Shown one piece after another: positions 1-13,029 of a DNA stretch of 64,000 nt (the stretch's first letter is position 1; the number at the start of each line of letters is the position of its first letter). Origin of the DNA: Mobula hypostoma (Eukaryota); the NCBI RefSeq assembly GCF_963921235.1, contig NC_086097.1:211856001-211920000 (forward strand). The letters run 5' to 3'. A model generated the notes under the pieces. That model did no database searches. It saw only the letters and a program-made list of their open reading frames with translations, and was not told where the DNA came from. The position numbers and the translations under genes are program-made.

Positions 1-207
1 ACCGACAGCAGTGGAGACCAGGTCATTGGGTGTATTTAAGGCAGAGATTGAAAGATTCTTGATTGGACATGGTGTCAAAGGTTACGGGGAGAAAGCCGGG
101 GAGAGGAGCTGAGGACGGGATAAAGGATCAGCCATGACTGGATGGTGGAGCAAACTCGATGGGCCAAATGGCCTAATTCAGCTTCTTTGTCTTATGATCT
201 ATGGTCT
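1..207 (+). mobile_element. CR1-type LINE 3' end (ORF2 terminus, 3' UTR, short-repeat tail)
   Basis: Resembles the CR1 3' ends at 5470-5660 and 12420-12620 (…tatttaag…ggatcagccatga…gggccaaatggccta…ttatgatctatggtct). Confidence 0.8.
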
Positions 208-209
208 TT

Positions 210-2500
210 AACTGGTGTATTCATATTGCAACAAGGGAAAGAGAGAGCAATGCATATACATAGACAACAGATCAATATGCAGGCACAGACAACAGATCAA
301 TACTTAGTGCTAAGGGGGGCGGCGTACAAAACATTTAATTTCCCTTTCATCACCCATATTCCAAATAAATATGCTTACGCAATAACAGTCTACACTAACT
401 TCACAGTTCTAAACATTCAGACTTTTGGCTGGCGCTCTGTTTCTTTCAGGATAGCGCATCTGGACCAGTGGAGCGGCATCAGGTTTGGGAAGTTTCTTGT
501 CAACAATCATATTCTCGTCATGCCTCTGGACCTGTTGAGTGCCATCAGCTTTGGTAGGTGTCTTGTCTATGACAACATTCTCTGTTTCTGCTGTCATGTT
601 GCTGGAAGTGACATCATCACTGGGAGGTAAGTCCAGTGATTATAATGTGTCCGGCTCGTTGGATGCAATCGACTCGGGTGTGTTCTTTGGTTGAGCATTC
701 TGTCTCTGGTCCACATGACGTCTCCATGTCTGATCTCAACATCCACTGCGTACATCAGTGGTCTGATTCTTGTAGCTATCCTACCTGGTGTCTTCTCAGT
801 AATCACATGCTAGAACTTCTTGTCCAGTCTCAAAACTCTCTGCTGCATCACTTGGCAACTGGATGAACTGTTTATTCTGCACTTACCTCCATAGGTCTGG
901 TTTCAGGACGTCTATGCAAGATCTCAGATTCCTGTTCATGAACAGCATTGCAGGTGTTTGATATGTCATTGCGTGAACAGAGTTCCAATAGACAAAAAGG
1001 AAGTTGTCCACCTTGTGCTGTAGAGAAATATCTTTCTTGTCCATCACTTTAATGGACTTCTTGAAGGTTTGAATGAACCTTTCAGCGAACCCATTCATTG
1101 CTGGGTGGTAAGGAGCTGACTTGAGATGTCTGACGCCATTTTTCTTCATGAACGGTCGGAATTCTTCTGACATGTATTGTGGTCCGTTGTCACTCACAAT
1201 TTGTTTTGGTAAGCCGCTTCTGGCGAAGATAGTCCTCAGAGCGGATACAGTCTTTGTTGAGGTGTTTGACTTCAGTGGTAGAACATCCGGCCACTTTGAA
1301 CGAGCATCCACAGCAATCAGAAACCTGGAGTCCAAGGGAGGCCCAGCAAAGTCAATATCTACTCCTTGCCATGGTGATAGCGGCCACTCCCACAGATGTA
1401 ACAGTACATGTGGGGGTGCATTTTGATCTTTTTGGCAACCCAAACAGCTTTTGGCTAAGCTTTCAATTGGTTGATCTATTCCTGGCCACCACATGTTGCC
1501 CTGGGCAAGGCTCTTCATCCTGACTGTACCCAGCTTCATGCAGATTCTCTAAAACTCTGGTGGGCAGTTTAGAGAGAACCACAATACGAGATCCACGCAT
1601 CAGCATTCTTAGACATACTAACAGTTGGTCTTATCTCACTAAGAACTCTGAAAACATAGGGTTACCATGAGCTGGCTATCATTGCATGGTGATTTCACAG
1701 ACTTTTGACAATGTCGGGTCATTCCTGGTTTCCCTCTGTATTTCGGAATTTGTTACCAACAACTGGTCCACCAATGCAGTGTGGAACACTTCTGCTGGGT
1801 CTGAGTATGAAGACTTTCCTTCATCAGTTGTCAACAGTGAAATATATGACAAGCCATCAGTGTTGCTGTGTTGTTTGGTACCCTTGAATTCTATGTCATA
1901 AGAGTGCGATCCTAGGAACTGGCTAGCAGTCGTCACTGGGATTCCCTTCCTGGGATTGAAAATGGACACAATGGGCTGGTGACCTGTCACTAGTGTAAAC
2001 TTTTGTCCATAGAGGTAGTGGTGGAACTTCTTTATTCAACATACTAGACTAAAGGCCTCTCAGTCAATCAGTTGAGTGTTGATTGTGAGGGACTTCCTGC
2101 TTGACTCCGCAATCTCCATTTACAGATAGGCTTATGACAAGTCAATCTTTGAAAACTTCTCCCCACCTACCAAAGATGAAAAAAAAACTGTCTTCTATTC
2201 ATGGCAGGGGATACCGCGCAGTATGTAGCATTGGGTTGATGCTCACTTTGAAATCCCCACATATGTGAACAGCTCTGACCTTGTCTTTCTTGATCACCAG
2301 GACAATGGGCGTGGCCCAATCTCTCCACTCAAACTTGGAAAGAATTCCAGATGCCTCCAATCCCCAAAGTTCAGCATCCACTTTAGGACGTAGTGCATAA
2401 GGCATTGGATGCGCTTTATTTAATCTTGGTGTTGCTGCTTTACTCAATTCTATTCTGGCCTTCATGTCTTTGAGTTTACCAGTCCCCTCTCAAACACATT
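210..2500 (-). mobile_element. Degenerate Gypsy LTR retrotransposon (partial RT, RNase H, integrase; probable 3' LTR remnant ~210-333)
   Basis: ORF 883-1539 has an integrase core (WWPGID…C..CQ, DIDFAGP, IVSDNGPQY, YHPAMNGFAERF). ORF 2199-2465 has the RT N-terminus (WATPIV…ICGDFK). Purine tract next to TGT at ~333-350 on the minus strand. Confidence 0.88.
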
Positions 2501-2502
2501 CT

Positions 2503-2842
2503 TCGGCAGGACTCAGGAAGGGTTTTGGCCCAAAATGTCAACTGTACTCTTTTCCATAGATGCTGCCAGGCCTGCTGAGTTCCTCCAGCATTTTGTGCGT
2601 GTTGCTTGGATTTCCAGCACCTGCAGATTTTCTCTTGTTTGTGATTGGATTACTACACTGCAAAGTCTCTTCCAGGGATGCCTACCCTGAAGATGGTTGT
2701 ATCTTCCAGTCCTGCCGAAGGGTTTCGGCCTGAAATGTCAACTGTATGTTTTTCCATAGATGCTGCCTGGCCTGCAGAGTTCCTCCAGCATTTTGTGAGT
2801 GTTGCTTGGATTTCCAGCAACAGCAGATTTTCTCTTGTTTGT
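2503..2842 (+). repeat. Two short PLE-derived repeats with degenerate hammerhead motifs (2503-2643, 2705-2842)
   Basis: cagtcctgccgaagggtttcggcctgaaatgtcaactg followed by the ~100-nt body shared with the PLE 3' end at 33942-34015. Confidence 0.8.
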
Positions 2843-4768
2843 ATATGCTACTTGCCCTTCTTTTTAATTTATTTTAATGGAAGTTACTATCTCAATCAGG
2901 AGAAAATCCTTTGAGAATCAGAATATCAACTGGAAGAGGCTGAGAATAGAGTAATAAACTACTCTGCCATATACTCAGATCCCTGGGGGAAAAAGCCTCA
3001 AAATCTCTTTCACAAGGTACAAATTTCCCAATAGTGTGTCCTTTCCTTCATTGCAATAATCATTCTCAATAAGCAATTTGTTTCATTTTTGTTCTGGTCT
3101 GATGTTTCAGCAACCAGGAATGTACGTTGGGAATACAAGAATTGTGCAGGCCAAGCATCTTAGTGCAGGAATATTAAGAGTCTAGAAATTGTAGGACCCA
3201 TTGGGCTCCAGCTGAGTTCCTTCATGCTCACCAACAGAATCACTTATTTGTAAATTTTGGCTTTGTGTGCTTTTTTTGTTAATGAAATGTCAGAATATGC
3301 TCTCCACTCCAATAAAATCATTGCAGAACATTTTGTTTTTGATTCAGCTTTTAGATTAAATACAAATCCAATGTATTAACTTTATTTTTAAGTGGTTTAA
3401 TTTGATGTTCCCACCAACTGATCCAAGTTTTTTTGTCCAGTTTGTACTCGAATGTATTTCTTTATTTTCCTGTAAATCCCTGCATAAAAATGAAGCTCAA
3501 GGTAGTATATGGTAATATATAACTTTGATAATAAATTTGTCTTTGACTTTGAAATGTACTTCAGAAAATCTGAAGATTTGTCACAATATGCATGTCATAT
3601 TGTACTGTTCATTGGGGTTTTTTTGGAATGAATCTATTGCACTGGTATTATTGGCTTTAACTGAGAAGGAAAGAAAATTGCTGTGTCAAAATGAAGACTA
3701 GTTAATTACGCAGCAAATTAGTCACTAGTGAACATTAGGGCTGCAGCTTCTGTCAGTCAAGGGAGTATGCTGTTCAATTACTTAATAAGAAAAAACAAAT
3801 CAAGAGAGGATGATGACCAATGACCCGAGCAGAGTCAGTGACTCTACCTAATGTATGGAAAAAAGAAACATTTTGTAATAAGTAATGATTCCTTATTTTG
3901 TAACTTTGCTGCTGCTGTTCAATATGAAATTTGAAGGAGACAACCAACCCAATGACTGACATTTTGACATAAAATTTTCTCAAAGATTTTAGTACTTGAA
4001 CAGTTCTTGTTCAGTTATCTCTCTGTGTTGTTTATCCCAACTCTTCAAGTCCACCTAGATTCCAACAGAGTCTCAAGCGCTCACTTTGGCTGACTACTTG
4101 GAGGCAAAAGGCAGCAAAGAAAACACTTGAAAACAGTAAAAGCTGTAAGCTCACAGGTGAGGGAACATGGGGTGGAGAAAGAAAGAGTTATCAATTCAGA
4201 TCAATGAAATGACCTGAAACAAGTCATTAACATAAAACATTAACCCATTTTCTCTCTGCACACAAGTGCCCAACCTGAACATTTCCAGCATTTACTGACT
4301 TCTAGCCTCTGCAGCTTTTAGAAACAAAACATTCTGGTCTGGTTGTCAGATGGCTCAAAAGGTATTGTAAATTCTCAGTAGGAGAGTGGTAGGTTGAAGC
4401 TGCATTTCAATGAATAGAGTACATGAACTACATTGACATTTCAGCAGATACTACACTGACTTTTAAAACATGAACGAAGTCTTCATATCAGGCAAGGTCA
4501 GATTTGTACCACACAGACATTTTGAAGAATATCTGGACCATAAAGCTTGGCACCGTGCAGTTCAGTTGTTCTTTGCCCACAAAGGAGTTTTCACATGATA
4601 TAGTCAGGGCATTGCAATTTAAGAATATAGGGACAGCAGTTGGCCATTCAGCATCTCAAATTTATTCTACCATTCTACTGCAATATTGCTAATTTGTACC
4701 TCACCTACATTAGCCTACGTTCAATCATATCTCATCAATATTTTCAACTAATCATAATTTAATCACTC

Positions 4769-5660
4769 GAGGAGGATGCTAAGAGGATGCAGGGTGACTT
4801 GGATAGGTTAGGTGAGTGGGAAAATTCATGTCAGATGCAATTTAATGTGGATAAATGTGAAGTTATCCACTTTGGTGGCAAAAACAGGAAAACAGATTAT
4901 TATCTGAATGGTGGCCGATTAGGAAAAGGGGAGGTGCAACGAGACCTGGGTGTCATTATACACCAGTCATTGAAAGTGGGCATGCAGGTACAGCAGGCGG
5001 TGAAAAAGGCGAAGGGTATGCTGGCATTTATAGCGAGAGGATTCGCGTACAGGAGCAGGGAGGTACTACTGCAGTTGAACAAGGCCTTGGTGAGACCACA
5101 CCTGGAGTATTGTGTGCAGTTTTGGTCTCCTAATCTGAGGAAAGACATCCTTGCCATAGAGGGAGTACAAAGAAGGTTCACCAGATTGATTCCTGGGATG
5201 GCAGGACTTTCATATGATGAAAGACTGGATGAACTAGGCTTATACTCGTTGGAATTTAGAAGATTGAGGGGGGATCTTATTGAAACGTATAAAATCCTAA
5301 AGGGATTGGACAGGCTAGATGCAGGAAGATTGTTCCCGATGTTGGGGAAGTCCAGAACAAGGGGTCACAGTTTGAGGATAAAGGGGAAGCCTTTTAGGAT
5401 CGAGATGAGGAAAAACTTCTTCACACAGAGAGTGGTGAATCTGTGGAATTCTCTGCCACAGGAAACAGTTGAGGCCAGTTCATTGGCTATATTTAAGAGG
5501 GAGTTAGATATGGCCCTTGGGGCTAAAGGGATCAGGGGGTATGGAGAGAAGGCAGGTACAGGGTTCTGAGTTGGATGATCAGCCATGATCATACTGAATG
5601 GCGGTGCAGGCTCGAAGGGCCGAATGGCCTACTCCTGCACCTATTTTCTATGTTTCTATG
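4769..5660 (+). mobile_element. 5'-truncated CR1 LINE (ORF2 C-terminal region 4787-5569 plus 3' UTR)
   Basis: QMQFNVDKCEVIHFG, LVRPHLEYCVQFWSP, FFTQRVVNLWNSLP; tail (tttctatg)2. Confidence 0.93.
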
Positions 5661-5819
5661 ACACTTTTCAAAATATGACTTGCATTTCCTTGTGTACAGA
5701 AACTAGATAAATCACCTTATTTAAGATAGCTAATAAGATAATAGTATATACACAGCAAATATAAACTAATACTCGATGGATGTATTAAGAACATGAATGT
5801 ATCATCTTAAAATTAGTTC

Positions 5820-6310
5820 AGAGTTCAAAATAAATCTATTGTCAAAGTAAGTATATGTCACCATTTATTACCTTGAGATTAATTTCATTGTAGGCATTTA
5901 CAGAAAAATAAAGTAATACAATAGATTTCATGAAAAACTATACAGGTTTTCAGCATTTAGGATATGGACTTGGATTATGGACTTCTTTTTCATTCTAAAA
6001 GTTTTTTTATATTCTCTGTTTTTTTTTTCATTTGATTTTTCTCTTTTTGTGTGTGGGGGAGAGGGATTTGGGGATCAGTGTGCCTGCTCCATTTTTGTTT
6101 ATTTTTTGTGTGGGGAGGGGGATTTTGGGGTTGATGATCATGCTGCCATTCTTTTCTTCCTTAGTTCTGTGCCATCTGAAGAAGAAGAATTTCAGATCTG
6201 TATACTTTGACAATAAATTAATCTTTGAACCTTTGAACAAAGACTGACAACCAGTTTGCAAAAGAAGCCAAATTGTGTAAGTAAGTAAGTAAGTAAATAG
6301 ATAGATAAAT
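5820..6310. repeat. LINE-type 3' fragments; 5947-6240 is the 3' part of a T/G-rich non-autonomous retroelement
   Basis: AATAAA plus a (ctttgaac)2 tail; similar to 28800-29187. Confidence 0.5.
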
Positions 6311-6812
6311 TCGTACATAAATTAGAACCATACCATTAAGGAAAACAGCAGAAGTTGTGAAGCAGTTCAGCTGGAACTCACCATCACTTTCTTAAAGGCA
6401 TTTAGGGATAGGCAATAACTGCTCAGATTCCCATGTTACTGAAAATGATGTTTAGAAAAAAACCCTCCCATTTTTATAATCAGACTAATTAACCTTTGTT
6501 GCAATTCCTTTATCACTACCATATTCTTTCTTACCTGTAAACAATGCAGATTCATTGGGCCCCTTTATTACTGGAGCATGACATCTCCAATCTCACTGAA
6601 ACCTCTGTGCATCCCTTGACAGTCCATACTGCCAACCCACTTGGTATCATCAGCAAAGTTGGATAGTTTTCACTTAAGTCCTGATACAAATCATTGATGT
6701 GGGTTGTGTATAACTGCGCCCTGCACTGATCTTTGCAGTACCGCATTTGCCATAACCCCCCAAACCATTTACTTTCTGCTTCTTAACAAAATTCGAAATC
6801 CATGGCAGTATA

Positions 6813-6897
6813 GGGTCTCGGCCTGAAATGTTGACTGTACCTCTTCCTAGAGATGCTGCCTGGCCTGCTGCGTTCACCAGCAACTTTGATGTGTGTT
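6813..6897 (+). mobile_element. 85-bp PLE-derived insertion starting inside hammerhead stem II
   Basis: 8-bp TSD gcagtata at 6805-6812 and 6898-6905. Confidence 0.85.
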
Positions 6898-7489
6898 GCA
6901 GTATAATACTCCCTAACTCTGTGCACTTTAATTTTGTTTAATGAAAAAAATAAATTGAACATTTTACCTACTAATCTTCAGCCTACTAGTCTGTGTTTCT
7001 CTGTTTTCACATCCAGGAAGACTGGAGCTGTATTTGCTAGCTTCCGATTTTTGGAAACTTTCTAGCATTAATGGAATTTTGGAATGACAGTCACTGGATG
7101 TATTTTTTCTGTGACGTCCTTTAAAACGTAGGATGTAGGTCTTGGGAATTCACTGTATATCATTCCCAGTGATTTCAGAGTGTCTGTTTTGTTTTCACTA
7201 ACATGCATTTCTTTGAGCTTATTAATTGCTTAATCTGTAGTTTTTCATTTCCTCTAGGGTAATTTTTGATACTCTTCTGCCTATCGTCAGCCTTTCTCAT
7301 CCACCTGGATCTGTCTATCGCTTATCAGCTCTTACTCTCCACACTTTATCACTGACTATCTCTCCTCTATTAGTACGGACGAAGGCTTTCGACATGAAGT
7401 GCTAACAATTTATTTCTCGCTTTGAACGCTGTCTGACTCCCTGAGCTCCTCCAGCTTTTTGTGTGCTGCTCCAGATTCCAGCAACCTCC

Positions 7490-7710
7490 TGTGACTGCAT
7501 GTACTTCCCTTAAATGCTCCAGTTTCCCACATCCCAGAGATGTCCAAGTTGATAGATTAATTGATTGTTGTAAAGTGCCCCCCAATATGTAAATGTGTGG
7601 TACAAATCTGGAGGAAGATTTTGAAAATGTGGTGGGAATAAAACGAGACTCATGTAAGTAATTGCCGAGATTTAGTGGGCTGAAAGGCCTGTTTAGAGAT
7701 CCATGACTAT
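7490..7710 (+). mobile_element. Old V-SINE/HE1-like SINE fragment
   Basis: ctccagtttcccacatcccagagatgtccaagttgatagattaattgattgttgtaaagtgccc resembles the V-SINE core as recalled; CR1-like tail follows. Confidence 0.5.
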
Positions 7711-8872
7711 ACTACTCAGTATAATCTAAACATCTCTTCTTTAAATTTGTGTTCTAGATGTCTTGAAATAAAGACCAACATATCATGAACATCTGTTTTC
7801 GATTTTGAAAATGTGAGCCAATGAAATTGGCAGAGTCACAACTAGCTTATAAGTAAGGCCTTCACTCCCTTTCCATTTTCACAAAGTCTTTAAAATTTGC
7901 CACTCTTGCTAAGAATTCTGTAGTATATCAATCAAGGTAGTTGTATCTTAGACTCAAATGAACAAAGAACAATGCCAGTTTTATAAAGAGTTTTCATTTT
8001 CTTTGCTTGAGAAAGAACTTGGATCAGCATGTGTTAGATTAACAGTGCCAAAATGAATCACCAATACTCAACTACATCATTCCAAAGCATGGTTATTTTG
8101 CTGTTAAGAATTAGTGCAAACTGTGTCAAATATAGCAGGAAAAATAAGGAATTCAGCTTCAGTTGGTATTCAGCAAACACAGCATTGATGAAACTGTTCA
8201 GAGCAAGATATAAGACTGTGATGTTGCTGATGTGAGTTTCAATGAGTCAATAGTCTGAAGAATCGATTAACCACACGGGGAACACAAGCAATACTGACAA
8301 CATGGATAGAATACAAAGCAATGAATCAGGTAGCATAAAATGAGATATATAGTGGATTCCGGTTAACTGGACCATCGTTTTCTTGGGGCAGCCACTTATT
8401 TGAGACAATTCTTAAAGAACAAAAACAAATCGAGAAAATAGCCAGGATTCTCCTCTTTATGATATGCTATGGGATGCTATGCTGCTTAAATGGGGCAGGA
8501 GGCAGTCAGTCAAGTGCACTTCGACACTAATTAGACACTACACCGTGCTTAGAGAAGAATGGCATTATGCAAAGGACATCAAGGAACATCCCAAAAAATG
8601 AAAACGTGAAGGTAAGGATCCAGGTGTTGAAGAAGCCCTCAAACAATGGTTTTCTATTGTAACTGCACAAGGTGTGCATGTCAGTGGACCAATGTTAAAA
8701 AAAAATGTTGGAGGAGCTAGCTAAGAAGCAGGGTCATGAAGATTTTATAGCAACAGATAGTTGGTTGTCTCAATGGAAGTGCAGGCACCACATTAAGAAA
8801 GCACATGACAAGAAGGGTAGTGCAGATGCATATGTGCAGAAACGTGGAAATCAGTTAAATAGTATATCAATC

Positions 8873-9040
8873 ATAAACAAGAGAAAATCTGCAGATGCCG
8901 GAAATCCAAGCAACACACACAAAATACTGGAGGAACGCAGCAAGCCAGGCAACCTCTATGGAAAACAGTACAGTCAACGTTTCAGGCCGTCATCCGTACT
9001 CTTTTCCATAGATGCTGCCTGGCCTGCTGAGTTCTTTCGG

Positions 9041-9050
<10 letters not shown>
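8873..9050. repeat. Inverted pair of PLE terminal-repeat fragments followed by (TG)n (9046-9079)
   Basis: Minus copy 8873-8988 and plus copy 8996-9050 are mutually complementary. Confidence 0.8.
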
Positions 9051-9082
<32 letters not shown>

Positions 9083-9104
9083 AATGGTATACCAAGCAGT
9101 AGTA

Positions 9105-10560
9105 AATCAAGGCAATTGGACTTACTGCGTTGCCACTCACCTGAGAGGCTTCTTCAGATCTAATCCATGGTGGGTAGTTTTCCAGTTTACAAACTCTGTG
9201 AGTTGTTTAAAGGTATAGCAATCACATGAGGGTCATTAAGAGACATAGAGGTAATGAGAGGGTCAATAGTCTTATCTTTGCATGAATGGAGGTTTGAAAT
9301 GTTCTGGAGACACCAGGACATAGATGTTAGGACTGTATTGTAAGTAGTTTTAAGTGATGTCATACCCCACCCCGCAGTTCAGGGATGGGTTTTCTAGTTT
9401 GAAAAAAATGGCTTCTTTAACCCCTCTTTCAAACCACCTGTCCTCCCTGTCCAAAATGTGCCCATTGTTATCATCAAAGGAGTGTCCCTTGTCCTTTAGG
9501 TGTAGATGTACAACTGAGTCTTGACCTGAGGCATTAGCCCTCCTATATTGGGCCATCCGTTTCTGAAGTGGTTGTTTTGTCTCACCAATATACGGACCTG
9601 GCAGTTCTCATTGCATTGGGAGCGAAGCGATGATGGCACTTAACGGCAACTGCTTTGCTTGCATCTCCGGAAACAGCTCTATTTCTATCTCTTTTTTTCT
9701 TTTTCAAGGTTCCTTTAAAGACCCTGATCTTGAGTTACACTCTGACTTCGGTTTTTTGTGGGAATGGGACTCACTCTCAAGGCCTCACTCCGGCCACTTT
9801 TTTTATATCCCAAGGACACGGCCTGGAAGACCAGTGTGCCTTCAGGGTGCTGGATTTTCGTGGCTCTGGAGATGGGCTGATTCAAGGCCGGTGCACCTGA
9901 CTGAGGCATCACGGGAGAATATGGGATATCGGGAGCAGCGGGTTAGATGCCGTGGGCTGTGTGTCAAGAGACCTGAGCTCTCTGGGCATAGAGCTTGAAA
10001 AAGGCAACGCAATGGACTTTTAACATCATAAATCAGTGACTTGTTTGTTCTCTCTTGCTGTGAAATGGGAACACCTCTATTTCCCTTATTAAGGAGAGAG
10101 AGAGAGAGAGAGAGAGATCCTGTGGTATGTCAAATTACTGGATGAATGAGTAGACTTTGGGGTACTGCAAGTCAGTGTGTTTATTGATGCTTTGCTGCAT
10201 GCTTGAGTGCTCGGTGGGGGACAAGTGTCGTTGCCTTGCTCCTGCTTGTGTGTGAGGGAGGAGACCGGGGGGAAGGGCTGCACTTTGGGGTTCTAACATT
10301 TACCTGTCACTCATTCTTTGGGGCAGTCCTCTGCTTTCGTAGATGTTTGTGATGAAGAAGAATTTCAGGATGTATATTGTATACATTTCTCTGACATTAA
10401 ATGTACCTATTGAAATCTATTGAAACCTATTGTACAATATTCCTCTGTTTATGTTTGGGTGTAAGATCCTTGAGATGGACCAGTTTCTGTCGGAGTGTGT
10501 TTGTAGGTATATTGTTTGATATACAATGCTATGGATGACTGAGAACCTTCAGAGACATAC
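9105..10560 (-). mobile_element. Second-family Penelope-like element 3' part (GIY-YIG endonuclease), split by an insertion at ~9618-10432
   Basis: YIGETKQPLQKRMAQ…HLHLKDKGHSF…DRWFERGVKEAI…PSLN. Degraded hammerhead-like ctgaaga-agcctct…agtggc-aacg at 9128-9157 (-). Confidence 0.8.
9618..10432 (+). mobile_element. Non-autonomous, non-coding retroposon (~0.8 kb)
   Basis: Interrupts the PLE endonuclease; ends in attaaa plus a (ctattgaaa)-type repeat tail; contains (GA)n. Confidence 0.6.
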
Positions 10561-11867
10561 AGTTAAATTGTAGTTTGTCTTCTTTAATACCTTTTTAACT
10601 ATTTCCATGAAACTTTGGATAATTGAGGCAGCCACTTAATTGGGTCAAAACACGTTGGTCCCGATGTGTCCCAATTAACCAGATTCCACTGTATTTACAT
10701 ACTTGTTAATTTTCCGTTACTGTTTCTGAGACAACAGGGAGAGAATGTAGTATATAAACATTGGCTATAAACAATATTTAATTGCATTAAAGTTATTATT
10801 TCTTGTCCTCTCTGGAATACAGAAGTATCTTATAGAAAGTTGCGGAAAGACATTCTGTGAGAAGCCTATGGATAAAGATGACAGATCATGTTTTGAGATT
10901 CTTGTGCCTCGTGAATCAACTGAAGCCATGTGAAGATGGACTTCATTGGGTGTGAGAAATGGACAAGAAGACACATGTTGTGTGATCACCAAGCTGCATG
11001 ACTGGAGAAATCATCCAATCGTCTGCACTACAGCTCGCTGTTAATGTGGTCACATGCAGTTATATGGCAAATATGCCTTATTCTTATATAGTTGTTGCCT
11101 GCCATCTAGTGTTTAAGTAATCTCAGAAATTGTATGTAATCCTGTTACTCTTGATATTCATATACGTTTCAAAACTGTAAGCTTTTTGATTTACAGTAAG
11201 ACTTGGATGCAAAGCCATCATTTCCAATTAACACAAGACTTAAGGAGACTTGATCCATTGCAAGTTGCCTGGAGCTGAAATAGGTCAGTAGTGGACACAA
11301 TCTCCATGGACAAGCTCATCTCTGGAGCATCTGGACAGTGAATACACCTACATTAGTCTATTGTAGAATCATTACATCTCTGCTTTCACTAATACCATAA
11401 TTTCAAGCAAACGCATCATCAAATTCAACAACTCACTCTGCAAATGCACTCTTGACTTCCTGGCCAACAGACCACAATCAGAAGGATAGAAAGCAACACC
11501 TCTCCTTCCTGTACTCTAACTCATCATCATTTGAGATCCAAGCCTGGTATCATCTGCAGACTTGTATGTAGATGGAATTAGAGTAGAATCTGGCCACGCA
11601 GTCATGAGTGCACTGTGCTGAGTATATTCCCCATACTACACATGCATGACTGCCTAACCAGATTCTGCTCTAACAAGGAAATGGAGAGCTTAGTCATGAC
11701 AACAACCTTTTCATCAATATCGGCAAAACAAAAGAATTGGTCACTGACTTCAGGAAATGGGGTGGTGCACACATTCCTGTCTACGTTAACAGAGCTTGTT
11801 GTGTTTGATATTGAGGGATAGTGCAGAGCCCTCACCAGCAGGCCAGCCTTGCAGGATACTCAACTGC

Positions 11868-12060
11868 CAGACGAGGTGGTAAATGCGGGTTCTTTTTTAA
11901 CATTTAAGAATAAATTGGACAGATACATGGATGGGAGGTGTATGGAGGGATATGGTCTATGTGCAGGTCAGTGGGACTAGGCAGAAAATGGTTCAGCACA
12001 GCCAAGAAGGGCCAAAGGGCCTGTTTCTGTGCTGTAGTTTTTCTATGGTTTCTATGGTTT
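11868..12060 (+). mobile_element. CR1-type LINE 3' end, (tttctatgg) tail family
   Basis: LDRYMDGRCMEGYG-like terminus and ctgtttctgtgctgtagtttttctatggtttctatgg tail. Confidence 0.75.
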
Positions 12061-12174
12061 TTCAATGAACTTCATTGATAACGCTGCGTGTACAATATGT
12101 GAACTCTTCTCACGTGGGAGTGGCTAACCGAGTGGCCTAGGAATAACACAAATAATTACCATTACCATTACCAA

Positions 12175-12622
12175 GAAAGACTGGATTAACTGGGCTTGTA
12201 CTCGTTGGAATTTAGAAGATTGAGGGGGGATCTGATTGAAACGTATAAAATCCTAAAGGGATTGGACAGGCTAGATGCAGGAAGATTGTTCCAGATGTTG
12301 GGGAAGTCCAGAACGAGGGGTCACAGTTTGAGGATAAGGGGGAAGCCTTTTAGGACCGAGATTAGGAAAAACTTCTTCACACAGAGAGTGGTGAATCTGT
12401 GGAATTCTCTGCTACAGGAAACAGTTGAGGCCAGTTCATTGGCTATACTTAAGAGGGAGTTAGATATGGCCCTTGTGGCTACGGGGATCGGGGGTATGGA
12501 GGGAAGGCTGGTGCAGGGTTCTGAGTTGGATGATCAGCCATGATCATACTGAATGGCAGTACAGGCTCGAAGGGCCGAATGGCCTACTTCTGCACCTATT
12601 TTCTATGTTTCTATGTTTCTAT
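12175..12622 (+). mobile_element. 5'-truncated CR1 LINE, same subfamily as 4769-5660
   Basis: Near-identical to 5220-5660 (YSLEFRRLRGDLIETYKILKGLDRLDAG). Confidence 0.92.
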
Positions 12623-12754
12623 CTCCCATTCTTGAAAAAAGAGGAATGCACTTCTTGTCTATAGAACTGCATTGAAATTATAGTCACTGAAATTGAGTGA
12701 TTCTGTTCACTTTGCCCACAGCACATGACTTATAAAATAGAATTGCCAGGATTA

Positions 12755-12860
12755 TCTCTCTCCCTCTCTCCCTCACTCTCTCTCTCCCTCTCTCTTTCTC
12801 CCTCTCTCTCTCTCTCTTCCCCTTCTCTCCCTCTTTCCCTCTGTCCCTCTCTCTCCCTCC
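12755..12860. repeat. (CT)-rich polypyrimidine microsatellite
   Basis: Directly visible. Confidence 0.9.
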
Positions 12861-13029
12861 TTTTTTTGCCAATTCCTTTTTTTAAGAACAGTCTCATTTT
12901 GTGAAATGTTTTCAACATTAGAACTCTTTTTTTATAAGACACTAAATATAACAGAGGTTAGGATAGATGACCTGAACACCCAGGAAAAGTGAGATAATTA
13001 TTCTGCCTTTTTAGTCACCTACCCTAAGC

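Larger units (their letters stand above)
8350..10691 (+). mobile_element. pogo/Tigger-like DNA transposon remnant hosting nested insertions
   Basis: Inverted ends agtggattccggttaactgg / ccaattaaccagattccactg, each flanked by TA. CENP-B-type HTH remnant at 8610-8830 (VEEALKQWF…VSGPML; EELAKKQGHEDFIATDSWLSQWKCRH). Confidence 0.8.

Noticed and set aside
12684..12942. Glu/Arg-rich ORFs
   Set aside because: Translation of a (CT)n microsatellite.
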